Source: Octopus vulgaris
Lineage: Eukaryota
DNA length: 63,917 nucleotides
Direction: 5' to 3'
Assembly (NCBI GenBank): GCA_951406725.2
Contig: OX597816.1
Location: 48,918,001 to 48,981,917, forward strand
Made by a program: the position numbers and the translations under genes. The notes under the pieces were generated by a model. It was not told the DNA's origin. It did no database searches and saw only the letters and a list, made by a program, of their open reading frames with translations. Within the stretch, counting starts at the first letter, position 1, and the number at the start of each line of letters is the position of its first letter. Positions 39,553 through 54,005 of the stretch are shown piece by piece.

Positions 39553-40732
39553 ATTTCAGCAATAAACCCGCACGCAGTCGCAGTAGTTTGGTATGGCGTT
39601 GGAATCCTGAATTGGACAAAAGAGGAGCTAAAGGAGATGGACAGGATGTCAAGAAAGCTCGTAACGATGCACGGAGCCCATAATCTACATGCAGATACTG
39701 ATCGCCTATACATGGAGAGAGCAAATGCAGGGAGAGGACTGGTAAGTGTGGAAGGCTGCGTGCGTATCGAGCTCGAAAGCTTAATGAGATACGTAGCCCC
39801 AAATAAGGAAACCTTGCTAGTGACAGTTAGGGAGTATTAAAAGCAGAAAAAGAAAAGGAAACGATGAAGTATTAAAAGCAGAGAAAAAACGGAAAAACAA
39901 AGGAAGAAGTGCAAAAAGGACATGAAGAGGAACTACGCAAGTAGGGACTACATAATCAGTTCCAGAAGTTGCTGGAAAAAATAGGTGCGATTGTTTGAAG
40001 AAGGGAATACTAAAAAAGAGACGAAGAGCACTATATTGCCAGCGCAAGACCATACTTTGGCCACGAACTGGAGGGTCAACCTTAGGAATAAGCAAGTGTC
40101 TCCGCTGTACCGCATGTATAATAGAGTGGCTAAAATCATTGCCCATATCACGAACTAACGCCCTGGACTTGCAAAAAAGCATTACAAGTTATGGCGACAC
40201 AATCATGTAATGAAAGGGCAGTAACTGTACGGAAAGTGGGGACTAGAGAAAAGCAAGACGTGGTATGTACACAAATCGCAGAAAGTAGTAGAGTCAGAGA
40301 CCAGCAAAATCCTCTGGGATTTCGCAATCTAAACAGATCAGGTGTTAGAGCATAACAGACCAGACCTAGTAGTGGTGGACAAGGTGCACTGCATATGCTA
40401 CCTAGTTGATGTTGCATGCCCCTTTGACCTACGAGTAGTCAAGAAGGAAGGCGAAAAAATAGATAAATACAACCCTCTTAAGTGCGAAATAGACCGGCAA
40501 TGGAAAAGGATGAAGGTGAAGATAGTGCCAAATTATTGTTGGGTCCTTGGGACAGTATCAGAAGGCACCAAGAGGAATATAAAAGGAATTAGAATAGACT
40601 GCCTAGTAGAACTGTTATAAAAGGTTTGCCTCCTTGGCACGGTTAGAATAATCAAGAAAGTATTAAATGAAAAGAACGGATAACTACGCATGCAAGACCC
40701 CAGGAGTTCCAACAAAACCTGTGATAAAGAGA

Positions 40733-40735
<3 letters not shown>
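39553..40735 (+). mobile_element. R4/Dong-like 3' fragment flanked by (AAT)n on both sides
   Basis: AIN..AV..Y, DR..RKL, DTDRLY..GRGL, HNRPDLV, DVACP, KY..LK. Confidence 0.85.
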
Positions 40736-40806
<71 letters not shown>

Positions 40807-40829
40807 TAATAATAATGTGTTCTTTATTA

Positions 40830-43800
40830 AACACTAATGGTTCGCAAAATCATTTGGGAACGGTACAGAGCAATACAATGTGGAGTAACATAGAAAGCGT
40901 GTAACAAGCAAAAACAGTAACAAGATAAAATTATAACAATGAATAACTCCCCAAAAGATGGAGACTTCCTAGGGCTGCTCGTGGAGCCCCCACAATACCA
41001 CGGTCACCCTGACCATTGAGTCAAGAATTCTCTCACATCACACTCCTTCAATACACAGGTACATACTTAGAACAGGCCCCTTCACTCGGACCATTCTTGC
41101 AACACTATCTCACCTTTTCACAAAATTGATGGGAGGCAACACTTCCCTCTATAGTCCCACTTTTCTGTTCAAGTGAAACTTGAAAATGTTGATGAGGGTT
41201 TTGCCAAAGAGGAAAGTACCTATCTTCAGCCCTTTCAGTTTCGTCCACTACACAACCTAAGCTTACCAGGCAAAGAAACAATACTTACCTTTCCCAGCCA
41301 ATGAAAGGTGGTGGCACGATCTTCACAATAGACTTAGCCGATAGCTGGATCCGTCCTACTCGTGACAGCTGGAGTTTGACTTAATCCCTCAAGTCAGCAA
41401 TGCACGGGCACAAAACAAGAGAGTGCAGAAGGTTTCGACCCTCTGTGCTCATCTCTGACGGTACTTCCATACCTGTAGAGTTTATCTCAAACCGGCACTG
41501 GAAATTATCCATAGGCCTCGGCCCGGAAGAGACCCGCCAACACATTCTTATCGACGCCTAGAGCCACCTCAAGAACGTCGTTGCATTTTCTCGACACTAA
41601 CCCTCTATAGAACGCCAGAGTTGAACTTCCACCGAGCGCAATGTTCGACTGACAGAGGGCTGTGAGCACCTGACGACACTTTAGGTACAGTCGCCCTGCC
41701 TTGGTCTACGCTTGATCAAGAGCTGCATCTCAGTCAGAGACAAACTGTGGAAAATCGTGTCTGACAAGCGGTGACCACACTCACTCACCGTCAAGTAAAC
41801 GCTGAAGATTTAGCGTCAGCGCATGTCTGCGCATCGGCAACCACAGCATGCCGTCTTCCATTCAACGGGTGTTAACAGCAAATTGAGCACCTGACCCGTG
41901 GAAAGCATCCTTTCCATTGAAAGTACAAGTGTAGGCGCTCTAGTTTGGTCAGACTTGAACCAGGACAAAGCACAATGGTGAGGCGGTAGTAGATGACGGA
42001 TGCAATGTAGGCATTCGCCACCTATGCCCGACCTTTCGGGAATTGCTTTCTCTCGGCCAATTTCTGAGTGAGATTGGCCACCCTACTCGTCCCCTCGTCC
42101 CAGTTCTTCTCCACCTGGCAATCTAGTCCAAGCCAGATCCCGAGCAATTTAACTGGTCACTCCGTCCAACGTCCCACGACGTCATTGGACGGTCTGTGCA
42201 TGCCTCCCCAGGTGCCAGGCTGCAGGCTTACTGATTTTTTTGGTTAATTTTTGCTCCTGTCATTGCCTCGTATTCTTTTAAAGCTATGTAGACCAGTTCT
42301 ATGTGCCTGGTACTCGATACTATGAAGGAAAACGTAATTTACATACGCGAACACGGTGCTCCAACGTCCTAGTTCGTGCGGGATGTCACCTAACGCCTCC
42401 AGTTTTCTCAGTAGTGGCTGAGAAACCCACCGCCGTGAGAACGGCCCTCATGTATTGGTGGTATACCCTACCAAAGGCTTTAGTTTGATCCAAATTCATT
42501 AGAGTCCCACCCATGCAAGCTTCTCTACCTACCCTGTCTGTGATATATCCTATGAGGTGGAGATTGCCGTGGATGGATATGCATGGGATTGCGCATATTT
42601 GCGCATTACCAAGCAATCAATTGATGATAAGCGCCAACTTCTTCGCTAATACCCTGGTCAAAATTTTGAAATTTGCGTGCAGCAGCGTTACGGGACTAAC
42701 ATTTTCTATTTGATTTGGTTCGTTTGTTTGGGTCCTTTCTCAGTAGTGCCACCTCTCCTCAACTCACAGGACTAGGAATTCTCCCGTACTGCTGCCAGTT
42801 GCGGTAGATATCTGCTAAGCGGCCGCCAAACAAATTTGGCATATGAAGGTAAATCTTGTGCAGTAGATCATCCAAACCAGGCGATTTATCCACGGCGCAG
42901 CCCATCATCACATTCCTTATTTCCACAGTTGTTATCGGTATTTGGCAATGCTCCACCTCCCTTTCCGAGAGTCATGGAATGCCATTGAGGTAGGCACTGA
43001 AGTCCATTCTGCGTTCTAGTCTGTCTTTCGTCCCAAACATTTGGGTGAAGTGCTACTGAAATCCCACACACATCTAACTGGGCTCTAGAACCGTGCGCCC
43101 ATTTTGGTTCACCTAAGACCGAATTATGGCTTTGTTTCCACGTTGTGTCTCTATCACTCAGGCCCGTTGAACGGCTTTCGTTCCCTCTTGTCTTACAGCA
43201 TACACTTTAGTTCTGACAATGCATCCTTCGTGCTTAGCATTGAAAAATTGGTCCATGGCAAATCTCGCCTAAGCACTTCTAAGTTTCTAACAAAGTTTCC
43301 CCCTCTTCTATTTCTTTCTATCGCTAATGCTTCACTAAATTTAATTGATTCTATTTTAGTTACACTTTTCAGAGTAAACCACCGTTTGTTGTTGGCAATT
43401 GCCCCTTTACGCCCGCTTAATTTATTCGCCAATCCGCTCTTGGTAAGCTTGGCACGCCAGGAGTGATATGTTCAGCTTCCAGTAATCGGGTCCCTACTTA
43501 CGAAGTCTGTCTAAGTTGACCATGCAGATCACAAACTTGTAGTCTATGTAACCGACAGGGAGGGGTGACTTATACGATCCTTATCTACAGGCCTTCAGAA
43601 TACTCTATCTAGATACGACCCAGATTGCCTGATACAGTTAGCGCATATTCACACTGGCGCATTCGGGAAACCCAGTCAGTACCTGTCTTACAGCATACAC
43701 CTTACTTCTGAGCAGGTTTGCGAGGCTTTTGCACCTCTCTCTTCTAACAGCTAGCCCCATGCAATCTAAACGTGCATCCATGATGGCGTTTCAATCACCC

Positions 43801-45700
43801 ATTAGAACTAAAAAATACCTTCAGAATTCTGAAAAAATCTGGTTGTCCTGTCCCTTTCGTGACATAAAGAGCTACCAGTCTGAAGGCATCCCCGTCAGTA
43901 CTGTTCACATCCAGGACTACCATCTTACCTTCTGGGTCCAGGAAGATAGTCCTTATCTTCAGATTCAACCTCTCCGAAATAACACCACTGTTCCACCACT
44001 CCCTATTTATCGTTGACATGGAGATAAATACATCTCATATCCCCCGAAAAAGCGTATGAAAGCTCATCGGTCGAAGACTCTGGTTTCACTGATAGCTGCT
44101 ACATCTACATTTAATAACCTCAGGACGTTGAGTAGTTGACCTTATTTCCAAGGCGACTCTAGACCACGTGCATTTGTACTGCCTATTCGGAGAAAGTCTA
44201 TGTTAGATTAAGAGATAGAAGCGGAAAACATTACTTACAAGGATTTGGGGAGGGATGGGGGGGGACGGGAAGGGATGTTCTGCCCATGGCTATATGTGGA
44301 TGTTTCCACGCGCAGCTCTTTATGTATTCTTTTGTGGATATTTCCCCTGAAAGCATGTTGTGGTCACCCGCTTCTGATGATGCGATTGATGTTGTGCTGG
44401 TGACGTCGAAAAAGGTGGGTCTCTTTCTTCTCTCTTTTGTTATGGGCAAAAGGCTTTCAGATAATTTGTGACCCTACACAAGCGATTCCTCAGTTTTCTT
44501 CCCTCAATGGCCACGTGGAGGTTGGTGCTATCTAGCAAATTTATGGTAGGATTGTTTCTAAACTTTCGTATTCCATTTGCATCCACAACTACATAGCTTA
44601 GCACAACCAGTTTTGTTTCTGCAGTTTCCGCACCTGTAGAATATTTGTTTTGTCCGCTGTATCCGGCAAGACAACTGCCACCAACCAGCGGATATCAATT
44701 TCTGGAGGTGTGTCTCCATTTTTCGTTTTCACCACTCGGCGACCTAGGTGTATGGGTACCAGGAATCAATCCTCATTTTTTAATGTTAACGTGGAGTGCT
44801 CCCTTATCTCTTCTGTGGAAAATTTCACCTCTATAATGCCGTATCGCTTCCCTCTTGCAACGTACGTTTTCGTGTCCAACACTGGACGTAGGTACTTTTC
44901 AATTTGCTGTTGTGTTGTCCGTTCTAATTTGCGACTTATTACTCTTGTCATATTGTATGTTATTGTTTTCCTGAGTGTATCCTATACAATGACTTTAGAA
45001 GTGCTGAGAGTAACTCTTCTTCCATTTTTTAAAAACATGCTTCTTGCATCTTTAAATCGTCTATTGACAGCTTTACATTTTTTGTGTGTGTTTAATGCAC
45101 TGCAGCCGCAAAACCATAAATTTCTGATTTGTGGTTTATGTAGTTTTCAGCGAGTGTGTTGGCGTTGATGGAGGTAGTGGTGGCAACGGTGGTTGAAGCT
45201 GCACGTATTATATGTGAAGAATTTCCGTTTTCTTTTTGCTGATATTCTTGCTTGTCGTTGTTGCTTTGGCTGGCTTTTGTAATGGCGGTGGTGGTACTGG
45301 TGCTGTTGGTTTTATATGATTTTTCTTTTATGTTTTTCTCGGTGTTGGTGATGGTGTTGTTGCTATTGATTCTGCAGCTACTACCTCTTTCCATGTTTGT
45401 TAGATCAGCCGGAAAAGACTGACTGCGAAAGCCAATTTCGCCTTCAAAACAACCTCTCACCACCCTCGCTTCTCCGTTTGACGAAGAAGACCCCCACCGT
45501 ATTGAATTTTTAAACAGTATTTCGAAAAGAAGAACTTTCTTTTTCGAAATTTCTCCTCTTAGAGCAGATAACAATAACTTTTGCTCAGTTCCATGTGGTC
45601 TGCTCAAAATACGATACGCTATATAAGAAAAATGGGTGGGGGGGAGACATAACAAGAAAGACAGGTCAATAACTCACAGAGCGCTTGCAACCCGTCCAGT
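40830..45700 (-). mobile_element. Decayed long Tx1/L1-clade LINE (ORF1-like region + EN + RT)
   Basis: RLVALY, DKSPGLD, LDQTKAF, WTE..KLLG paralogous to the element at 35930; many stops; ORF1 boundary uncertain. Confidence 0.75.
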
Positions 45701-46063
45701 TACCAGAAAGACAAAGAAAGGCCCTCGACTGACTGGAATTATAACAGCGAAGGAAATGGCTTCATGGCAGAGGCTAAATTATAACAGAGGGACAGGCACA
45801 AATATCATGCAAAAATCACAACATCAATAGTTATCACGAAACGGTTTAACTCCATGTTCTTCTTCTTCTTCAAAAAAAAAAAAGCTTTAAAGTGATTTAA
45901 CTTAATATCTATTCGTAGTGTATTTTAGTCGCTGTGTTTCTGAAATATATCGCCCGCACACATCTTTGCCAATATACATTCAGTGAAGCTTTACATAGCA
46001 TCGTACGGTTTTTGACTGCTATTTGCAGCAAACACTGGTGCCTTGTTGTGCCACATTTTCCTG

Positions 46064-47168
<1,105 letters not shown>

Positions 47169-47216
47169 AATATGTATATGTATGTATGTATATATATATG
47201 TATATATATATGTATG

Positions 47217-47247
<31 letters not shown>

Positions 47248-47289
47248 GTATATATATATGTATATATATATATGTATATATATATAGTG

Positions 47290-47637
47290 AAGGCGTGTGG
47301 CTCAGTGGTTAGAGCGTCGAGCTTACGATCGTGAGGTTGTGAGCTCGAATCCCGGACCGGGCTGCGTGTTGTGTTCTTGAGCAAGACACTTTATTTCAAG
47401 TTGCTCCAGTTCGCTCAGCTGTAGAAATGAGTTGCGACGTCACAGGTGCCAAGCTGTATCGGCCCTTGCCTTTCCCTTGGACAACATCAGTGACGTGGAG
47501 AGGGGAGGCCGGTATGCATGGGCGACTGCTGGTCTTCCATAAAAAAAAGAAAAAACCTTGCCCAGACTTGTGCCTCAGAGGGTAACTCTCTAGGTGCAAA
47601 CCCATGGTCAGTGTCTGACGGAAGGGGTCACCACACC
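47290..47637 (+). mobile_element. SINE family D
   Basis: tRNA-like GTGGCTCAGTGGTTAGAGCG..GCTCGAATCCC head; second copy at 57455. Confidence 0.85.
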
Positions 47638-47646
47638 ATATATATG

Positions 47647-47677
<31 letters not shown>

Positions 47678-47736
47678 GTATATATATATGTATATATATA
47701 TGTATATTTATATATCTATGTATATATATATGTATA

Positions 47737-47784
<48 letters not shown>

Positions 47785-47789
<5 letters not shown>

Positions 47790-48101
47790 CAGGATGTGTT
47801 TGTGCACGTGAATGTAATTTATGCACGTCCACAAATTAGCACGCATGTCGCTCTAATTTTAGGAGGACATTCGTCATGATCCTTGCTGTATTTTCGTCAA
47901 GTTATTTTTACCAGAGGAACTAGCGAATAGCAGTAAAAATAAATTTTCAACCAAAACTTTTAACAATTTTCAAGTCGGAGAAATCTCCATCGTTTGCAAA
48001 TAGGAGTTAAGTCCCCTTCTAGCGACGAGTAAGTTTTTATTAAGACTTTTGATGTTGTTGTTTTTCCATCGAAGAAAAAAGTGTTTTGTTGATATACGGG
48101 C

Positions 48102-48154
<53 letters not shown>

Positions 48155-48240
48155 ACATGTATGCGTACGAAAACATGTATGCAATAAGTGTACGTACGTA
48201 CGTGTGTGTGTGTGTGTGTGTGCGTGCGTGTGTGTGTTGC

Positions 48241-48295
<55 letters not shown>

Positions 48296-48402
48296 AATTT
48301 CAACGGATTTCGCCCAGATTTGACGTCGATGTTTCTTAGCTTTGTTTTGATTAGCTTAATAACCCTAACTTAATCTCGGGCAAAGCCGGGCTATACTGCT
48401 AG
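47785..48402 (+). mobile_element. Non-autonomous Helitron (3' hairpin + CTAG)
   Basis: CTCGGGCAAAGCCGGG hairpin followed by CTAG|T; 5' end uncertain. Confidence 0.55.
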
Positions 48403-49032
48403 TATATAATGTAAGCAGCTGTTTAGCAGTGTGTTACCAAAAAGGAAAACTATAATTTTCATTAAATATGACCGTGGGTGTTTGAACACCTACAATGCTT
48501 GAAATAAGATCTAAAGCTCTTTAATGCTGCAGTCAAAGCACATAATTGCATACATACGTACTGATAGCGACCGTAACTTACATCAACTCTCATCCTAAAA
48601 CCTTAGGAAAATGTCAGTACATCGGATGCTATGGCTCTGATTGCACTGTATGCAGGGAAGGGACGGAGAAATAGTCAGAACTGAAAGGTCATTCGCCAGA
48701 AGTCTGCATAATAAAAGTTCACCTAGAGGCTGTAAACAATGACATCAACACAGTTTGACGTGTTTGTGCCTAAAACTATCTCAATAAGGAGCCAGAAAAT
48801 ACCTCTCTGTTGTAATTAATTTTGAGTGTTGTTGACATAAATCTTTGGGCTTAAAAAAAAGTAGCAGTGACTTATAGATAAAAGCAAAGTACAGATATCC
48901 ATTTGTTATATCCGAGTAAAACATAAATTATGAACGCCTTTTATTCTTGCAACATCGTATGATTCTTTTCTTTTTCTTTTTTTTATTAATCAATATTTTT
49001 ATCTTGATACCACATCTTTTTTTATTATTTAG

Positions 49033-50503
49033 GTCCAATGCGAAATATTTGACGTCCATCTTTCTTCTAATTTTCATAATTTTTACATGTTTCGAGTGGA
49101 CAGTTCTTAAAAAAAATAACTCGCTCAACCTAAAATTTCAACATGTTCAACAGAGACCACCTAAAGCCATCATTCATTCTGCGCTTCCTAATGTGCCAAT
49201 TCATAATACAGTTGTTGCTAAAAAGGAGGAAACTTCCCACCAAAAGAAATTTTCTTCTATTACTATGAAATACAATAAAACTAAGAACGCTTTTGACTTC
49301 TTCAAGTCTAACTGCTCAAAACCAGTTGACAAAAGACATATCAAGGTTAGAAAGCAAAAAATATATCAGATATTAATGTTTAATAATGAAGCAGTATATC
49401 TATATAAAGTTTATTATGATGATCGTAAATCCCACTGGGGTAGAAAGTATATTCAAATTCTTGCAGTCGGTCCTAAAATCAACAAAACAATTTATGCTGA
49501 CTTATGGTTTGGTAAAAACGTAATGAGCAAATCTGTGTCTTCATGTAGTATTACAAAGCATGGTCGTGACTCAAATATTACTTCCAAGATATTCCTCCAG
49601 TATTTCTTCAGCTGTGAAATAAAAGATAATGATATTCCTAAATATGTATCACTGAGTTTTGATAGATGTACTCCGAGGTCGAATCTCTTGCATGTAGAAG
49701 TACCAGACAGAAAGTGGAAGCACAAATTTGCCATATGTATCGAGACTAGCTATGGGCATATTGATCCTTCTGTGATTATCGAATTTGTCGAGTATAATAA
49801 ATTGATGGGCGTTACTTCAATCTCTGTCTACCCATCGCAGATTTCTACGAATAACAGGAAAGTTTTTCAGCAATACGAGAAAGAAGGAATTATAAGTATT
49901 TCTGAGACACCATCTCCTTTGGAAGGCGACAGTTGGAAGGTATTAACGTTGAGTAGTCCGATCTCTTTCAACGATTGCATGCTTCGACAAATGTATTCAG
50001 CGGAATATATTATTCCGATTGACTTTGATGAAATCCTAGTCCCAAGATTATCTGCTAAAAATTATTCTGCGTTATTGAATGACATTGATTCTACATATCG
50101 CGCAAAGGAACCATTTTCTATATATTCGTTCCGGACGTTCATATTTTTCACAACGTGTGGGAGTAAAATCCAAAATCCAAAATTTAGTAACATTTTCCGC
50201 TTCGTGCATCGATTAAAAAGATTTGGCCATTTGAAATCAATAGTAAATCCTCGCAAGTGCTTGAGTGTGTATAATCATTACTGCAAAGTAAATTTTAAAC
50301 GTTTGAAAGGCCCTGGTGGGGTTTCGGTCGACACTAGTCTTGCTAGTGTCCAGCACTATCGAAAGTCATGGTCACAAAACTTTTGTAAACTTTTATATTC
50401 GGAAAATACCATTGATACTTTATGTAAAGACAAATTCGGAAAAATGTTGTCGAAACCTCTTCAGGATAAATATAATATGTTTAAACGATTACATCTCGTC
50501 TAA
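49033..50503 (+). CDS. Glycosyltransferase family 92 (DUF23) type II membrane protein, main coding exon
   Basis: 518-codon open frame; TM segment LTSIFLLIFIIFTCF; FAICI, IIEFVEYNKLMGV, NDCMLR, IDFDEILVP (DxD), KSIVNP..H, HYR motifs; likely acceptor TTTAG at 49032 (alternative ATG at 48959). Confidence 0.85.
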
Positions 50504-51137
50504 AAATAAAAGAACATCGGTACTTCATGTAAAAATAAATTCGGGCAGAAATCTCTTCAGAACAAATACAATCAATCGAAGGTTGATTGAGGTGTCTCAC
50601 ACTTTTCTCCAGCAACGTTATTTATATTTTATGGTATTATTTCATTTTATTTCATTTTATTTCATTTTCATTAAAAAAAATGCCGTCTTGCGTTTTGAAG
50701 TGGGGATTGATGGAATATTTAAGATACTGATGACACTGATATTTTTATCCTTGGATAGCAACTGTCATTTTCTATTTGCTTACCCGTAGAAGGAATGAAA
50801 AATGGCTAATATTTCCTTTGCTTTTGTTACACTTATTCAAACCCCAAAGAATCCTTCTCAACACATGCCTATGATGATCCCCCATTACTCCTGCCCGTGA
50901 TCAGAGATGCACACATTGGCAGCCACCCTCAAGGGGTTAGGGTCAAGCAACTGACAAGCAAATCTGTGGTATTTAGCAGAATATTTGCTATAATGATTCA
51001 GCGCTGAATCTGTCTAAAATGTAATGTAAAATAGATGAATTTTAAAACATTGATGTCAAGATCACAAAAGCATAGTAGCCATTTCCTTTCATTTCTAGGT
51101 CGAAGCATATAGGAAGTAACGCTAACTGACCAAGGAC

Positions 51138-51142
<5 letters not shown>

Positions 51143-51221
<79 letters not shown>
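51143..51221. repeat. (AG)n microsatellite
   Basis: Direct reading. Confidence 0.95.
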
Positions 51222-51223
<2 letters not shown>

Positions 51224-51738
51224 GAAAAAAGGACAATTTTGTTACACAGTGTTATCAGTTATGTACATAGTACCTCAGGGAAAATTGGGTGATTTTAAAG
51301 TTTTTCTTATAGTTAATCCACGGTATTCTTCCAACGGGCGAAAAAATAATACTCTATCAACACAGTCTGTTCAGTCTCATATGGTGTGGTTAAATTCTTA
51401 AGTTTGTATTCGAAGATAAATAAAAGTTCAATTAAAATCTGATCGCCGAATTGGCTTTGGTATACATTCTTTTACTGTTATTAATGTTCTTTCTAATTTA
51501 GAAAAAAAGACTAGAAATATTGAGGGAAGAATCAATACTATTTGACAGGAGTACTTATCTGGTACTATATTTTATCGATCCAGAAGGATGAGAGGCAAAG
51601 CTGAGTTCGATGAAATTTGAACTCAGAAAATACAGAAATTCAGATCGAATACAGCAAAACATTTTCCCGACGATCTAACGATTCTAACAAACCACAAATC
51701 AGTTGTTTATATATTTCTATTGACATTAAACCTAGCAA

Positions 51739-52150
51739 AGGCGGTAGCTGGCAGAATCGTTAGCACACCGGGCGAAATGCTGCTAAACATTTCGCCCGTG
51801 TTTATGTTCTGAGTTCAAATTCTGCCGAGGTCAACTCTGCTTTTCATCATTGGCTGCAAGCTGGCAGAAACGTTAGCATACCGGGCAAAATGCTTAGCGG
51901 TATTTCGTCTGCCGTTACGTTCTGAGTTCAAATTCCGCCGAGGTCGACTTTGCCTTTCATCCTTTCGGGGTCGATAAATTAAGTACCAGTTACACACTGG
52001 GGTCGATATAATCGACTTAATCCGTTTGTCTGTCCTTGTTTGTCCTCTCTGTGTTTAGCCCCTTGTAGGTAGTAAAGAAATAGGTATTTCGTCTACCGTT
52101 ACGTTCTGAGTTCAAATTTTGCCGAGGTTGACTCTGCTTTTCATCATTGC
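51739..52150 (+). mobile_element. Nested/tandem SINE family A copies
   Basis: Two heads plus a headless unit joined at AAAGAAATA|GGTATTTCGTC (~52082). Confidence 0.8.
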
Positions 52151-53049
52151 TTGACTTGTGCCAAAATTTGAAATCAGTATTTAGCATAACGGTACTGGAT
52201 TTATTTGAAAGAATAACTGCAGACTAAATTCTCTCGGTTTTAGCTTGGATTCCGTATTTTCTGAATTCAAATCTGACGTAGGAAATTATATTTTTCATTT
52301 GTACAGATATGTCAGATATCAGTACTATGTAGGAAGAGATTTGTTTTCAGGCTTTGCAAGTATCAGGTTTGTATCCAGTACAAAGAAAGGAATATTAATA
52401 CAGAACTGGAACAGCTTCGTTTTGTGGAGATGCGCTTATCTACTAGTATTATTTAATCTTACATATTAATTTACGAAAATTCACTTTCTTAGCTAAAATA
52501 AATCACTATGGGCGCAGACGTGGTTGTATGGTAAGTAGTCTGCTTCCCAACTACATAGTTCTGTGTTCAGTCCCACTGCGTGACACCTTGGGCAAGTGTC
52601 TTCTACTATGCCCGGCCGACGATTTGTAAGCAGCTTTTGTAGAAGGAAACTGAAAGAAGCCCGTTTTGTTATATATGAATTGAATTTAATTTGTTATTCG
52701 AATTAGGTTATGGGCATGAAACGATCGTGGTGGTTTTACTTTTTATCTTATATTAAACATTTTAATACTTTTTGATAGTTAAATATATTTAAAAAAAAAA
52801 ATTAAATAAATAAAAATAAAAATAATAATAATAATAATAATAATATATATATATATATATATAAATTTATAAGTATAAATTAATAATTAAAAAAAAAATT
52901 TTTTATTTTAACTTTAAATTTAAATAATTTAAATTTTGAATTTTATATTTTATATATTTTGTATATTATATTAATTAATTTTATTTCTATGTTTTGGTTT
53001 ATGTTTTTCACTGTCTGATTTGCCTAATAGTGGTTTTATCTCAAATTTA

Positions 53050-53107
<58 letters not shown>

Positions 53108-53145
53108 GTATACGTACATACATACATACATGCATACGTACATAC

Positions 53146-53176
<31 letters not shown>

Positions 53177-53199
53177 TGTATGTATGCATGTACATGTGT

Positions 53200-53660
53200 A
53201 TGTATCGTAAATATAAGCCCGAGGGCAAAGAAATAAGAACCGACAGTATAGTAGAATCCATAGCCACTCATAATAAAAAGGAATACTGGTGGAATGTACC
53301 AGTGAAAACCTCAATAAAATATAAGCACAACAGACTTGATATAATGATTTGGGATAGAGAAGAGAAACTGTGTATAGTTGTGGAAGTTAGCTGCCCAGCG
53401 GATGTTAACATAAAGCTGAAGATCAGTGGAAAAGAGAACACCTATGCTGAACTATTGAGAAATCTGCAGTTACTCTATCGAGACTACAAGTTCAGGTTTA
53501 TACCTGTAATTATTGGGACCCTGGGATAAGTAACACACTACCTAAATACCAATCTTGAAAAAATATGCTTCGCAAAACCAGAATGGAGAGAGCTAATTCG
53601 AAGACTACTGATCCAATCCATCACTGGAGCTGTAAAAATTTGTAAAACTTGCCCGTTTAA
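53200..53660 (+). mobile_element. REL-endonuclease LINE 3' fragment (divergent R4-like subfamily)
   Basis: YWWN, HNRLDIMIWD, VEVSCP, KENTY..L, IPVIIGTLG. Confidence 0.75.
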
Positions 53661-53915
53661 ATATGTATGAGCATGTCTAGATATGCAAATATATGCATGA
53701 GAATACATGCATAAAACAACACATACAAATCTTCATATATATATATATATGCATGCATACATACATACTTACAAACCTACATACATACATACATACATAC
53801 ATATACAAACAACGACACACTGTTGTTGATGTTGAAATTCCATTGAAGGAGCCTTGGATCTAGGTTAGAAACCGGTTCTCCCTCTATTGGCAAGAAATCT
53901 TGAAGTAAAACTATA

Positions 53916-54001
<86 letters not shown>

Positions 54002-54005
<4 letters not shown>

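Noticed and set aside
47290-47365. tRNA genes at SINE heads (also 17600-17667, 19317-19390, 57455-57530)
   Set aside because: A/B boxes run straight into SINE bodies; no convincing acceptor stem or terminator
48947-49032. First hydrophobic segment of the 518-aa ORF as a signal peptide
   Set aside because: The ORF starts at TTG and the T-rich tract ends in TTTAG, which is more consistent with an intron acceptor; not fully excluded
50316-50789. 157-aa ORF overlapping the GT92 end
   Set aside because: Alternative frame running into AT-rich UTR with no recognisable motif
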